From Bacteroidales bacterium (GTDB taxonomy: Bacteria > Bacteroidota > Bacteroidia > Bacteroidales > UBA12077): 64,000 nucleotides of DNA. How positions within the stretch are numbered: the stretch's first letter is position 1; every line of letters begins with the position of its first letter. The translations under genes and the position numbers were made by a program. The stretch covers positions 1,937 to 65,936 of the forward strand of contig JAIORB010000133.1 in assembly GCA_021108325.1 (NCBI GenBank), written 5' to 3'. This document shows positions 38,793 to 48,609 of the stretch, one piece after another. A model generated the notes under the pieces. That model was not told the origin of the DNA, did no database searches, and saw nothing but the letters and a program-made list of their open reading frames with translations.

Positions 38793-38896
38793 CTTTTGGC
38801 CTTTAGCCTTTAGAAAAAGTTAATAGCCAAAGGCTAACAGCTAATAGCCTATTAATTAGAATGATGAAATTGATATTATATTAATTTTTGATTAGA

Positions 38897-40015
38897 ATGA
38901 GAAAGATAAAATACATATTACAAAAAGAATTCATTCAGATTTTCAGAAACAAAACCATGTTACCAATGATTTTCGGAATACCTATTCTTCAGTTGGTGGT
39001 ATTAGTGCATGCTGCAACTTTGGAAATGAAATCTATTGATATGTATGTAGTCGATAAGGATTTATCCTCATTATCGCATAAATTGATCACTAAATTTGAT
39101 TTCTCGCCGTTTTATAATTTTTCAGGAGTTTCTTTTTCAATTGATGAAGCAAACGAAGCTATAGAAAAGAATCAAGCTGATTTTATAATTCACATTCCTT
39201 ATGGTTTTGAACGCGATTTAATACGTGAAAACTCGACCAAAGTGCAATTACTTATTGATGGAATTAACGGAATGGCTGCAAGCTTAATATATGCATACTC
39301 TTCAACAGTTATTTCAGACTTTAACCGAAATATTATTGTGGATTTAACACAAATGCCTGCCATAAAAGATTTGAATCCAATTGCGGTAGAAACATCATAT
39401 TGGTATAACCCGGAACTGAATTATAAAACTTATATGCTTCCTGGTATACTGGTAATTCTTGTAACAATTATAAGTATGTTTTTGGCAGCAATGAATATTG
39501 TTCGAGAGAAAGAAATTGGAACCATTGAACAGTTAAACGTAACGCCCATAGGTAAAATAGAATTTATAGTTGGGAAATTAGTTCCATTCCTGATTATCGC
39601 CCTGCTTGAGCTTGCATTTGGATTGGTTGTTGGTAAAATCTTTTTTCATATACCTATTATTGGTAGTTTGTGGTTATTGTTCGGATTTACAATTGTTTAT
39701 TTATTAGTGGTTTTAGGAATTGGATTGTTTATCTCAACAATTTCGTCAACTCAGCAGCAGGTCATGTTTATATGCTTCTTTTTTATGCTTGTTTTTATTC
39801 TGATGAGTGGAATTTTTACTCCAACGGAAAGCATGCCAACCTGGGCACAAAAAGTTAATATTATTAATCCGTTCTATTATTTTATGCGTGTTATCCGTAT
39901 GATCTTATTGAAAGGATCTGGATTCTGGGATATTTCACACGAATTTTTCAGCTTGCTTATTTATGCAACAATTATGTTAAGTTTATCGGTTTGGCGATAT
40001 AGAAAGGTAGCATAG
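38897..40015 (+). CDS. ABC-2 type permease (YbhR-like)
   Basis: KEFIQIFRN, NIVREKEIGTIEQLNVTP, MSGIFTPTESMP. Confidence 0.92.
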   Translation: MRKIKYILQKEFIQIFRNKTMLPMIFGIPILQLVVLVHAATLEMKSIDMYVVDKDLSSLSHKLITKFDFSPFYNFSGVSFSIDEANEAIEKNQADFIIHIPYGFERDLIRENSTKVQLLIDGINGMAASLIYAYSSTVISDFNRNIIVDLTQMPAIKDLNPIAVETSYWYNPELNYKTYMLPGILVILVTIISMFLAAMNIVREKEIGTIEQLNVTPIGKIEFIVGKLVPFLIIALLELAFGLVVGKIFFHIPIIGSLWLLFGFTIVYLLVVLGIGLFISTISSTQQQVMFICFFFMLVFILMSGIFTPTESMPTWAQKVNIINPFYYFMRVIRMILLKGSGFWDISHEFFSLLIYATIMLSLSVWRYRKVA

Positions 40016-40147
40016 CTCGTTGCAAGCTATTCTCTGTTGAAAGTATTCAGAAAAATGACTATTTTTGATATTGATAGGATAAGTTTAAAAAAAGATAATG
40101 AAGTATAAAAGCCCGAATTCAATATTATAATTAAAATTTATACAGAC

Positions 40148-41134
40148 ATGAAAAGAATTACAATTTACTACCTGTCGTTGTTTGTAATGGTATTTACATT
40201 GCTATTGACAAGCAGTTGTGAAAATGATTATCCTAATCTTGCACCGGGTAATATAATACTAATTTCGCCATTCTATTCTGCTATAGATATTTCATTGGAT
40301 GTATCGTTGTCATGGCAGGCAGCATCCGACCCCAACGGAAACGTCGTAACTTATGATGTTTATTTTGGTACTGAAACCACTCCTGTGACAGTTGTAAGTA
40401 GTAGTCAAACAGGTACGACTTATAGCCCGACACTTGCAGCTAACACGACTTACTACTGGAAAGTAGTTGCTAAAGACGGTAAAGGAGGAACAAGTGAAAG
40501 TGCAGTATGGAGTTTTACAACAGAAATTATTGTATGGAGTGATGCTACTCATGGCACCTTTACCGACCCTCGTGATAATAATAAATATGATGTGATAAAG
40601 ATAGGCGACCAGATATGGTTTGCCGAAAACCTGTCTTATGAGATTGCCGGCAAAGAAATAACTGATTATACACAATGGAGAACCAACTCCGCTTATGACG
40701 GATGGTGTTATTACAATAACGACAAAATTACTAATGGTAACATCTATGGTATATTGTACCAGTGGGAAGCGGCAAAAGTTGCCTGTCCTGTAGGTTGGCA
40801 TTTGCCTGTTGATTCAGAGTGGACAACACTAACCGATTATTTAGGAGGAGAAAGCGAAGCAGGGGGCAAACTAAAAGAATCTGGTACAATACATTGGAAT
40901 GCCCCCAACACCGGAGCAACAAATAGTAGTGGTTTTTCAGCTCTTCCTGGTGGCTACCGCTACAATCTTCTTGGTTCGTTCGATAATCTTGGTTACTTTG
41001 GCTTTTGGTGGTCGGCTACCGAGCATGACGAAACCACCGTTTGGAATCGCCACTTGGATTACGATAATGCAGAAACCAATCGATATTTCGAAAATAAGAT
41101 GACAGGGTGTTCTATTAGATGTATAAGGGATTAA
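40148..41134 (+). CDS. Lipoprotein with FN3-like domain and Fibrobacter succinogenes major paralogous (FISUMP) domain
   Basis: Lipobox TSSC; YDVYFG..L.ANTTYYWKVVAKD; FTDPRD..Y..IKIGDQIWFAENL, YG.LYQW, CPVGWHLP, SGFSALPGG, SIRCIRD. Confidence 0.9.
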   Translation: MKRITIYYLSLFVMVFTLLLTSSCENDYPNLAPGNIILISPFYSAIDISLDVSLSWQAASDPNGNVVTYDVYFGTETTPVTVVSSSQTGTTYSPTLAANTTYYWKVVAKDGKGGTSESAVWSFTTEIIVWSDATHGTFTDPRDNNKYDVIKIGDQIWFAENLSYEIAGKEITDYTQWRTNSAYDGWCYYNNDKITNGNIYGILYQWEAAKVACPVGWHLPVDSEWTTLTDYLGGESEAGGKLKESGTIHWNAPNTGATNSSGFSALPGGYRYNLLGSFDNLGYFGFWWSATEHDETTVWNRHLDYDNAETNRYFENKMTGCSIRCIRD

Positions 41135-41171
41135 TTTATTTTATTTTTTAATTAAATTCAATTCCAAATTT

Positions 41172-41283
41172 TTGCCCAAACAATACTTTAGTAATTATCA
41201 GCATGTTTGATAGTTTTTAAAATAATTTGTAGATTCACTACTTAATTAAATAGAAGGAACTTTTTACTTCTATTGACTAGTTA
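41172..41283 (+). repeat. 112-bp direct repeat A, putative attI-like/promoter segment ending at the G|TT crossover (41280)
   Basis: 107/112 identical to 58276-58387; identity stops immediately after ctaGTTA. Confidence 0.75.
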
Positions 41284-41301
41284 GCGGTAAATTTTATTGA
41301 A

Positions 41302-42216
41302 ATGAAAACACTTGAGCAAGAAATACAAAAAGCAACTTCAAAAATTGAAGATAAAAAAAGTATAATTGATAACGAGATTCAAAATCTGAATTCAAAGATA
41401 AATATCTATACTAAGTGGGCGTGGACATTTGTTTGGGTTGGTATTATTGTTACACTTTTTGCAATAATTTTTTATATTTCTGAAAATAATGAGACTGGAT
41501 TTGGTCTCAATTTATTAGGCGATTTTATGGCAGGGACAGTTGCATCTGTTTGGTCACTTGCAGGATTATTTTTTATATATGTAGCATTTTTAGGACAAAA
41601 ACAACAATTGCTTAACCAGCAATTAGAGATTATGTTTAGCCAATTAGAAGTTAAGTATACAAGATTGGAATTAGCAGGACAAAAGGAAGAAATGAAAGAA
41701 CAAAATGCTACTTTAAAACAGCAAAAATTTGAAAATACGTTTTTCCAATTATTGGCAAATCATAATACAATTGTAAATTCTCTTGATTTATCAGGGAGCG
41801 GGAGTCAAAGAGCAATAATAGCAACAGGGAGAGATTGTTTTGTTGTTTTTTACTCACGATTAAATGCAAAATTGCCAGGGGGTGTAACGCTTACTCTAAA
41901 TATGGTAATTAATTCATACTTAGCTTTTTTTAAAGAAAATGTTGCAGATTTAGGACATTATTTTAGAAATCTTTATCATATCATAAAGTTTGTTGACACA
42001 TCGGATATTGAAGACAAAAAGCAATACACAAATTTTGTTAGAGCTCAATTATCTGCTGGAGAATTAATAATCTTATTTTATAACTGCTTATCTGAATATG
42101 GTTTTGAGAAATTCAAGCCACTTATTGAGAAATACTCCTTATTAAAGAATATTGATGATTCATTAATTTTTAATTTGGCGGATAAGGATGTATATGAAAA
42201 AACTGCTTTTCACTAA
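41302..42216 (+). CDS. Putative phage abortive infection protein (putAbiC-like, 2 TM), cassette 1
   Basis: QQKFENTFFQLL, LGHYFRNLYHIIKFVD, YTNFVRAQLS..EL..LFYNCL, FKPLIEKYSLLKNI. Confidence 0.8.
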   Translation: MKTLEQEIQKATSKIEDKKSIIDNEIQNLNSKINIYTKWAWTFVWVGIIVTLFAIIFYISENNETGFGLNLLGDFMAGTVASVWSLAGLFFIYVAFLGQKQQLLNQQLEIMFSQLEVKYTRLELAGQKEEMKEQNATLKQQKFENTFFQLLANHNTIVNSLDLSGSGSQRAIIATGRDCFVVFYSRLNAKLPGGVTLTLNMVINSYLAFFKENVADLGHYFRNLYHIIKFVDTSDIEDKKQYTNFVRAQLSAGELIILFYNCLSEYGFEKFKPLIEKYSLLKNIDDSLIFNLADKDVYEKTAFH

Positions 42217-42223
42217 AATCAAC

Positions 42224-42355
42224 CGCTAACAGCGGGTCAAACTAAAGCTGGGGTTTTGTGGTTTGCATTCTTATTACTATCTTCAACTTTTATTAACGGG
42301 TGATACCGAAACAGGGCGAAAATCCCAGCCTCAGTTTACCCGCGGACCGTTAGGC
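42224..42355 (+). repeat. attC-like site 1 (132 bp)
   Basis: R'' CGCTAAC, R' GTTAGGC. Left arm gcgggt(c)aaactaaagctggg pairs with cccagcctcagtttacccgc, leaving one extra-helical C. Confidence 0.85.
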
Positions 42356-42368
42356 ATAATATTTTTAT

Positions 42369-42986
42369 ATGAAAAAAAGAACTTACATCATCATTTTTAG
42401 TTTACTTGTTTCGATTGTTTCTTGCAATGAACCTGAAGATATTGTTGAAAAAACTGATATTGACACTTTATTTGTTTCAAGTAATTTGAAAAAACATTTT
42501 TATGATATTAATACCACTTGGATATTTGAGTCTAACCAAGGAGAGAAAGATACAGTAACTCTGCTTAGAACTGAAAGAGAAATCTTAGAGCCTCAATCTA
42601 TGCATGGTGAGATACAGCTTGGGTATGTTGAAAATTACAAATTCCATTATTTGAGCACTAGAGATGGATTATATTGGGACCAATATATTGGATATGTTAT
42701 TGTTCGAAATGGTGTTGATTGGGCAAATGGAGAATATATTTATTTATCAAGTTATCAAATTGGCGATAGTTCTGACGAAGCTGAAATAGATACAATTTAT
42801 GACAGTTATAATGTTTCTGATACTACTTATAGAAATGTTGTGAGAATGCGAATTAATAATTTTGAATTCGAATTTGGTGAAAATTGGTATTATTATTTTG
42901 TTGATAGTGTTGGAATAATTAGAAAAGAGAAACTTAACGATGAGCCAAATAATGAAATTTGGAATTTAATCGATAGAAACATATAA
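42369..42986 (+). CDS. Hypothetical lipoprotein, cassette 2
   Basis: Lipobox IVSC; fills the space between attC1 and attC2. Confidence 0.8.
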   Translation: MKKRTYIIIFSLLVSIVSCNEPEDIVEKTDIDTLFVSSNLKKHFYDINTTWIFESNQGEKDTVTLLRTEREILEPQSMHGEIQLGYVENYKFHYLSTRDGLYWDQYIGYVIVRNGVDWANGEYIYLSSYQIGDSSDEAEIDTIYDSYNVSDTTYRNVVRMRINNFEFEFGENWYYYFVDSVGIIRKEKLNDEPNNEIWNLIDRNI

Positions 42987-42995
42987 AAATACAAT

Positions 42996-43128
42996 GCCTA
43001 ACAGCGGGTCAAACTAAAGCCGGGGTTTTGTGGTTTGCATTCTTATTACTATCTTCAAACTTTATTAACGGGTGATACTGAAACAGGGCGGGAAACCCGC
43101 ACAGCTTCAAACCCGCGGACCGTTATAA
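42996..43128 (+). repeat. attC-like site 2 (133 bp)
   Basis: R'' GCCTAAC, R' GTTATAA; left two-thirds nearly identical to attC1. Confidence 0.85.
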
Positions 43129-43469
43129 GTAAGGCGAAAAAAACAATCAGAATTCCGTTAAGTTAATCTCATTTTGATATTGAAATAATTGAATGTAAAA
43201 GTTCACTTTTTGAAAGGGAAGTTTCTTAATTAATAGGTTTTACTCTTATTGATAAAAACAAATTTGCTTGCCATCGCTCTTTTGCCTTACGGCAATTAGG
43301 ATAACCAACCCACACTTAAACACATTTGCTGCGCAAAAGAGCTTAAATTTTGCAATGTCTCATAGTTATATTTAATTCTTTCCCTAAAAAATATTAATTT
43401 AGACATCCTAAAGAAAAATGATAAATGAGTTTACTTCAGTCTTTCGTAGTAAAAAAATACCTGAACTAA

Positions 43470-44696
43470 ATGCCCAAAAAGAAAAAAAAGAAACCTGTAG
43501 TTTCAGCCAAAGTACAACAAGCCCAGAAATTCAATGATTTTAAAAAGCGTTTATTATTAATAGCAAAAGCCTGTGATGCTCTAGAAGAATTTAAGCTACT
43601 CCCCAAACGCGAACTGGAGTTTATGTTTTCTGCTCGATTTAAACCTTTCGATATAATTCCTTCGCAGGGGCAACAATTATCGCCAAAAAATTATAAGGAC
43701 TTAAAGCTACTTGTAAACTATTTTCTTAAAAAGGAAACCATTACATTTTTAGAAAATGGAGAAGAAATAAACTTGTATGAATATTATTATGTAGGCGATT
43801 CTTTACGTTCATGTATCCATGATTTAAAAGATGAAAAATTCAAAGGTGTAACTGAAATTATAAAAGCATTTAAACCATTATCCGACAAACACCTTGCACC
43901 CGATGGCCCACATAACCTTTTATTCGATATATCTAATCTAATGGCTGAATTATTAAGTCGTGTCAATAAAGGTTATTGGCTGTTTCATTATCATCTTATT
44001 AGCAGAAGCGAACCCTTTCCCGAATTTCGTACCTGTTTTAAAGTTGAGTTTGTAGCTCCAGAAATTATTCATATTGTAGAGAATGGTAATAAACGTCCAG
44101 CTTTTCGTGTGGGATGGACAATCTACGGTCAAAAAATAAGTTGGGCACAGATTACACCAAAGCAATTAAATATTAAAAGTGCTTTTAACGATTTAAAAAT
44201 TGATGTATATATACAAAGCCATGCTATAATAAGAATGAAAGAACGTCTCGACTGTATACCTGAAAACTTACATCACAATATCTTATCTCAGAGTATTAGG
44301 CGCTGGGAAACATCTACTAACAATCGTGCTCAAACCTTAATAGCTTATAAATTTGGCGAAACCAAATTAGGATACATGGTATATGAGTATAATCAGGGTG
44401 TTGTTTTAATCAAAACATTTTTGTTACTAACCAATAATGGCACCCCAGAGGGTAAAAAACTTAATAAGTTGCTTGGGCTTGAAAAATCAGATAAGAAATA
44501 TCTCAATATGGATAAACTTAGTCATTTTGTAAAGTCTGACATTCCTAATAACAAAGAACTTTACGCTCATTTTAAAGATGCAGGCTGTGATTGTTTATTC
44601 GAAGTTAACGAAAAGATTGTTAATCAAAACATCAATAAAAATATTCATGCTACATTAATTGAAGAATATATTAATTCGGTTGATAATGAAGAATAG
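43470..44696 (+). CDS. Hypothetical protein (cytoplasmic, Lys-rich N-terminus)
   Basis: 408-aa ORF; conserved-looking motifs VYIQSHAIIRMKERLD and IKTFLLLTNNGTPEG; function not recognised. Confidence 0.75.
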   Translation: MPKKKKKKPVVSAKVQQAQKFNDFKKRLLLIAKACDALEEFKLLPKRELEFMFSARFKPFDIIPSQGQQLSPKNYKDLKLLVNYFLKKETITFLENGEEINLYEYYYVGDSLRSCIHDLKDEKFKGVTEIIKAFKPLSDKHLAPDGPHNLLFDISNLMAELLSRVNKGYWLFHYHLISRSEPFPEFRTCFKVEFVAPEIIHIVENGNKRPAFRVGWTIYGQKISWAQITPKQLNIKSAFNDLKIDVYIQSHAIIRMKERLDCIPENLHHNILSQSIRRWETSTNNRAQTLIAYKFGETKLGYMVYEYNQGVVLIKTFLLLTNNGTPEGKKLNKLLGLEKSDKKYLNMDKLSHFVKSDIPNNKELYAHFKDAGCDCLFEVNEKIVNQNINKNIHATLIEEYINSVDNEE

Positions 44697-44923
44697 TTCT
44701 TATTTTATTTTTACATAAACATAGCCTTTAATTTACCTAACGTATTACCTGTTATTAAACAGGCTTTTTCTTGATTATATCTCACAAACATTTATTAATT
44801 TCGATTTAGAGAATTACTCTAATTAACAATTTATTAACCCATAATCTGAAAAAATATATTATTCGTAATCGATAAAGGCAGTATTGCATTTTCTATTATA
44901 AATTAATTACAATCTAAATTAAA

Positions 44924-45643
44924 ATGATTATGACAAAAAATCGAAATTACAAAGCTAAAGATGTTGATATGTTATTAGCATCAAAGACTATTGTTGAAAC
45001 TTTAAGAATGTACCAGTCAGATTTACTAATGGCTCGTAGTACTTGGACAGAAGAGTATGCAACTATATTAAGTACTAAAATTGATGATGCTATTGAAAAC
45101 CTGTTAGGCTTAGACAAAAAGAAAGAATTGAGAGATACTACAGCTCTTTTAAACTCTATTCAAGATCCAGCAAGACGTAACTTATCTTTCCTCAAAACAC
45201 AAATTGAAGTTGATTTTGGAAAGGACTCAAAAGAAATGATTAAAACATTGGGATTCAATAAATCTTTACGTGCAGTTCATCAAGGAGACCAAGAAGCTTT
45301 AATTGAATTACTTTATAGTTTCAAAAAAGGATTGTCAGAATCACTTAGAGCTAAGATGATAGAAAAAGGTACTAATCCTGAACTAATTGATAGTCTTATT
45401 GAATATGCAGATCAACTAAAACAAGCAAATTTAAGTCAAGAAAGCTTGAAAGAAACAACAAAAGTATTATCTGAAACTGCTATAAACACTTTTAATGAAA
45501 TTTATGCCGAAGTAATCGGAATTTGTAAAATTGCTTCTAGCTTTTTTCAATTTGATCCAATCAAAAAAGAGCAGTTTACTTTTACAAAAATAATAAGGAA
45601 CATGAATTCAGCAAAGAAAGTAGCAGAAACCGTTACAGAATAA
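44924..45643 (+). CDS. Hypothetical alpha-helical protein
   Basis: 239-aa ORF followed by hairpin cttcctcattc-ctcac-gaatgaggagg. Confidence 0.75.
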   Translation: MIMTKNRNYKAKDVDMLLASKTIVETLRMYQSDLLMARSTWTEEYATILSTKIDDAIENLLGLDKKKELRDTTALLNSIQDPARRNLSFLKTQIEVDFGKDSKEMIKTLGFNKSLRAVHQGDQEALIELLYSFKKGLSESLRAKMIEKGTNPELIDSLIEYADQLKQANLSQESLKETTKVLSETAINTFNEIYAEVIGICKIASSFFQFDPIKKEQFTFTKIIRNMNSAKKVAETVTE

Positions 45644-45709
45644 GCACTACAAACACTTCAAACTTCCTCATTCCTCACGAATGAGGAGGTAATTTTATAT
45701 CGATAACAA

Positions 45710-45980
45710 GTCAACACACACCGACAACAGTTCATAGAAGTACGAAGCCAATTCAGCACTGGTAGATGCCAATTCAGCTAAGATAGATAAGAGTTCAGCG
45801 AAAGCGGAAATAAATTCAGCTAAAGTAGAAGCTATTTCAGTGAAAGCGGAAGCTAATTCAGCACAGGTAGATGGAAGTTCAGCTAAGGTAGACAAGAGTT
45901 CAGTACAGGCGGAATTGAATTCAGCTAAGGTAGCTGACAATTCAGCACAGGCGGAAGCTAATTCAGCACTGGTAGATAGA
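45710..45980. repeat. Degenerate 21-bp tandem repeat (~13 units)
   Basis: TTCA recurs at 45731, 45752, 45773 ... 45962, exactly every 21 bp. Confidence 0.85.
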
Positions 45981-46188
45981 AGGACAAAACCCTTTACCAA
46001 TCGCTATTACAAACACTTTGTTAATCCCACACAATCCAAACGCAAAACCAAAGGCTTTACAATAAGTTTGTAATCCTACCCTATTTTGCACTATCGTGCA
46101 ATAAGTATTTCCTCCCTAAAACAAATTTGTTGGTTCTTCGTGGTTAGTTTTTAACAAACTGACAAGTCAGAATATCACAATGCCCAAT

Positions 46189-46321
46189 TTGTAACATTGG
46201 GTCAAATTTAAACTCGGTTTTGGTGGTTTGCAAACGTTTTCCTATCTTCAAACTTTATTAGCGGGGGATAATGAAACAAGGCGAAAAACCCGCACAGCTT
46301 CAAACCCGCGGACCGTTAACG
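46189..46321 (+). repeat. attC-like site 3 (133 bp)
   Basis: R'' TTGTAAC, R' GTTAACG; right arm cccgcacagcttcaaacccgcggaccgtt identical to attC2 and attC5. Confidence 0.8.
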
Positions 46322-46363
46322 GTAATTAATATGCACGATAAAATAAATTTAAACTATAATGAT

Positions 46364-46813
46364 ATGAAACATTCTTTTTTAATCCTATTGACAATTTTTT
46401 TCCTTGTATCTTGTAATTCAACTAAAAAGGTAGGAAGCATTGATTATGGCAGTCCAAATAAGAAACAGGAGTTATTAAATGATTTAACATTTAAAGTAGA
46501 TGCATACAGTAACGACAAAACATACGGTTATACAGAAAAGAATCCTATAATGGTTGGAGGCAATTCCGAAGGACCAAAAAATGAAAGAAGGTTTTTAAAT
46601 GCTTTATCTGGACCAAATGGTGAAAATCTTGAATATTATAGAATTGGGAGTTGTTGTATGTTTACGACAAAAAACGGTAGTTTTGGTGGTAGTGGAATGC
46701 TAGATATGTATAGTATTAATTATCCTGGTCTTGATAAGGACATAACTTTATACATTAACATGTATGACTCAGATACACTAAAAGTACCTGTAGGTTTTAA
46801 ATTGAAAGATTAA
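46364..46813 (+). CDS. Hypothetical lipoprotein, cassette
   Basis: Start ATG 46364 (MKHSFLILL..LVSC); YGYTEKNPIMVGG..GPKNERRFLNALSGPNGE..YYRIGSCC..G.LD.Y. Confidence 0.8.
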   Translation: MKHSFLILLTIFFLVSCNSTKKVGSIDYGSPNKKQELLNDLTFKVDAYSNDKTYGYTEKNPIMVGGNSEGPKNERRFLNALSGPNGENLEYYRIGSCCMFTTKNGSFGGSGMLDMYSINYPGLDKDITLYINMYDSDTLKVPVGFKLKD

Positions 46814-46817
46814 CTGT

Positions 46818-46948
46818 TGCTAACATCGGGTCTTAAAGCATACGGGGTTTTGGTGTTTTGCAAACTTTGTACGATCTTCAACTTTTTCCAACGGGGGATA
46901 GCGAAACAAGGCAAAAATCCCTGTCAAATTTTAAGCTGACCGTTAGGC
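46818..46948 (+). repeat. attC-like site 4 (131 bp)
   Basis: R'' TGCTAAC, R' GTTAGGC; homologous core ggttttggtg..ttgcaaac..atcttcaac..gaaacaaggc. Confidence 0.8.
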
Positions 46949-47000
46949 AACATAAACTCGGCAAAAAATAATCTCCTTCACATTTGGATAGTGTTAAAAA

Positions 47001-47019
47001 AGTACTTATATTTGTACTT
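47001..47019 (+). promoter_or_regulatory. TA cassette promoter (-7 TATATTTG) flanked by GTAC-core operator repeats
   Basis: agtact-tatattt-gtactt; GTAC-core palindromes are the known YefM operator type. Confidence 0.6.
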
Positions 47020-47044
47020 GAATAGATACTTAAAATAATAGATT

Positions 47045-47299
47045 ATGATAGCAGCAAATTACACAGAATTTAGAACTAAGTTGAAGGACTTTCTTGATGC
47101 TGTAGAAGCTAATAATGAGACATTAATTATTAAGCGTGGGACAGGGAAAGGAACAGTAATGATTTCTTTAGATGAATATAATTCAATTATGGAAACTGTT
47201 CATTTATTAAGTTCCAAGACAAATGCTGATAGATTGTATGAATCAATTCGTCAAATGAAAGAAGGAAATATTATTACTGAAAATTTAATTGAAGAATAA
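47045..47299 (+). CDS. yefM: Phd/YefM family antitoxin
   Basis: NYTEFRTKLKDFLD.V...VMISLDEYNSIMETVHLLSS..NA.RL..SI.Q. Confidence 0.93.
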   Translation: MIAANYTEFRTKLKDFLDAVEANNETLIIKRGTGKGTVMISLDEYNSIMETVHLLSSKTNADRLYESIRQMKEGNIITENLIEE

Positions 47300-47559
47300 T
47301 GAGAATAATATTTTCAAAAATCTCTTGGGGAGATTATACTTCATGGTTGCATGAAGATAAAAAAATACTAAAGAAAATTAATGACTTAATAAAAGACATC
47401 CAAAGAAATCCATATGAAGGAAAAGGGAAACCGGAACCTTTAAAATATGATTTATCTGGATATTGGTCTCGCCGAATAGATAGAGAACATAGATTGGTAT
47501 ATCAGGTTGATGAAAACGAAATTCGAATTTATAGTTGTAAATATCATTATGACAAGTAG
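47299..47559 (+). CDS. yoeB: Txe/YoeB family toxin
   Basis: KINDLIKDIQRNPYEGKGKPEPLKYDLSGYWSRRIDREHRLVY..CKYHY; 1-bp overlap with yefM. Confidence 0.95.
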   Translation: MRIIFSKISWGDYTSWLHEDKKILKKINDLIKDIQRNPYEGKGKPEPLKYDLSGYWSRRIDREHRLVYQVDENEIRIYSCKYHYDK

Positions 47560-47569
47560 TATTTATGTT

Positions 47570-47739
47570 GCCTAACACGCAATCAAAGTACATACGGTCC
47601 CGATAATTATCGGGATTGGTGGTATTTTGACAACCTGCTTGCCAGCAGGCAAGTTTTTGTTATCTTTAACTTTCGGTAACGGTGGACACTGAAACAAAGC
47701 GAAAATCCCGCACAGCTTCAAACCCGCGGACCGTTAAAA
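47570..47739 (+). repeat. attC-like site 5 (170 bp, lengthened by two mini-palindrome insertions)
   Basis: R'' GCCTAAC, R' GTTAAAA; inserts tcccgataattatcggga (47598-47615) and cctgcttgccagcaggcaag (47634-47653). Confidence 0.8.
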
Positions 47740-47892
47740 GCAACGGTATGACATACAAAAAAAAATAATTTTGACACATCTTGATAGTTTCTCGACTGAC
47801 AAGAACAAAAAATAAAAGTGGAGACCAGCGACCACTCAAAAAAACGGGGCAAGATCGAAAAGCCAAATGAGTAGAAATTATATTTAAATTTA

Positions 47893-48522
47893 ATGACTAT
47901 GTTTATTAAAAGGAATTTTCTCTGGATTATATTTTTTGGTTCATTGATTGGATTAAATGAAACACTTATTGGTAGCTTTAATATACCCTACCGCTCAGTT
48001 ATTTTAAGCTCAATAACTTTAACAATATTATCACTTGCTCGACTAAAAATTCCAAAAACTGGAACATCAATTTTAATTATGTTAGTTGCTATTCTTTTCA
48101 AAATAAATAGTTTTGGAGTTCATTCATGTACAACTAATATGCTTTTATGTGGACCAACAGCACTTCTTTTACTTGGAATAGCTTATGAAATATTTGCATC
48201 TTTATTTATTTCAAAAAACACATTCAAATATTTAAACTATGTATTGACCTGTAGTGTAACTTCCTTCGTAGCCTTCAGTTTTTTTGCAGTAATGAATACT
48301 TACATCATTAGCGTTTGGGATACGTCCAGACTATTTGAGTATATCTTTGTCAGAGCGACATTAACAGCTGTTTTATCAAGTGCTATTAGTATATTTGGAT
48401 TATACTTAGTAAGAACTTTTGAAAAAGAGCATTTTTTAAGACTTAATCCGTTTGTTATTAATAGTATATTAGGCTGCGTGATTATTGCACTTTGGTTGTT
48501 TGGGTCTTATGTGAAATTTTAG
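47893..48522 (+). CDS. Hypothetical multi-pass membrane protein, cassette
   Basis: 209 aa, about 6 hydrophobic segments; bounded by attC5 and attC6. Confidence 0.75.
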   Translation: MTMFIKRNFLWIIFFGSLIGLNETLIGSFNIPYRSVILSSITLTILSLARLKIPKTGTSILIMLVAILFKINSFGVHSCTTNMLLCGPTALLLLGIAYEIFASLFISKNTFKYLNYVLTCSVTSFVAFSFFAVMNTYIISVWDTSRLFEYIFVRATLTAVLSSAISIFGLYLVRTFEKEHFLRLNPFVINSILGCVIIALWLFGSYVKF

Positions 48523-48609
48523 AGACAATATAACTTTTTATTATTGGAATGCTCTTTAAATAATAGATTGAAAGTTTATTAAAACAAAACCTGAGTAAAA
48601 CTAAACCAG

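Noticed and set aside
46271-46363. N-terminal extension of the 180-aa ORF from ATG 46271
   Set aside because: It starts inside attC3; the lipoprotein signal begins at ATG 46364.
47666-47866. 66-aa minus-strand ORF
   Set aside because: It overlaps attC5 and the cassette leader and has no recognisable features; likely spurious.
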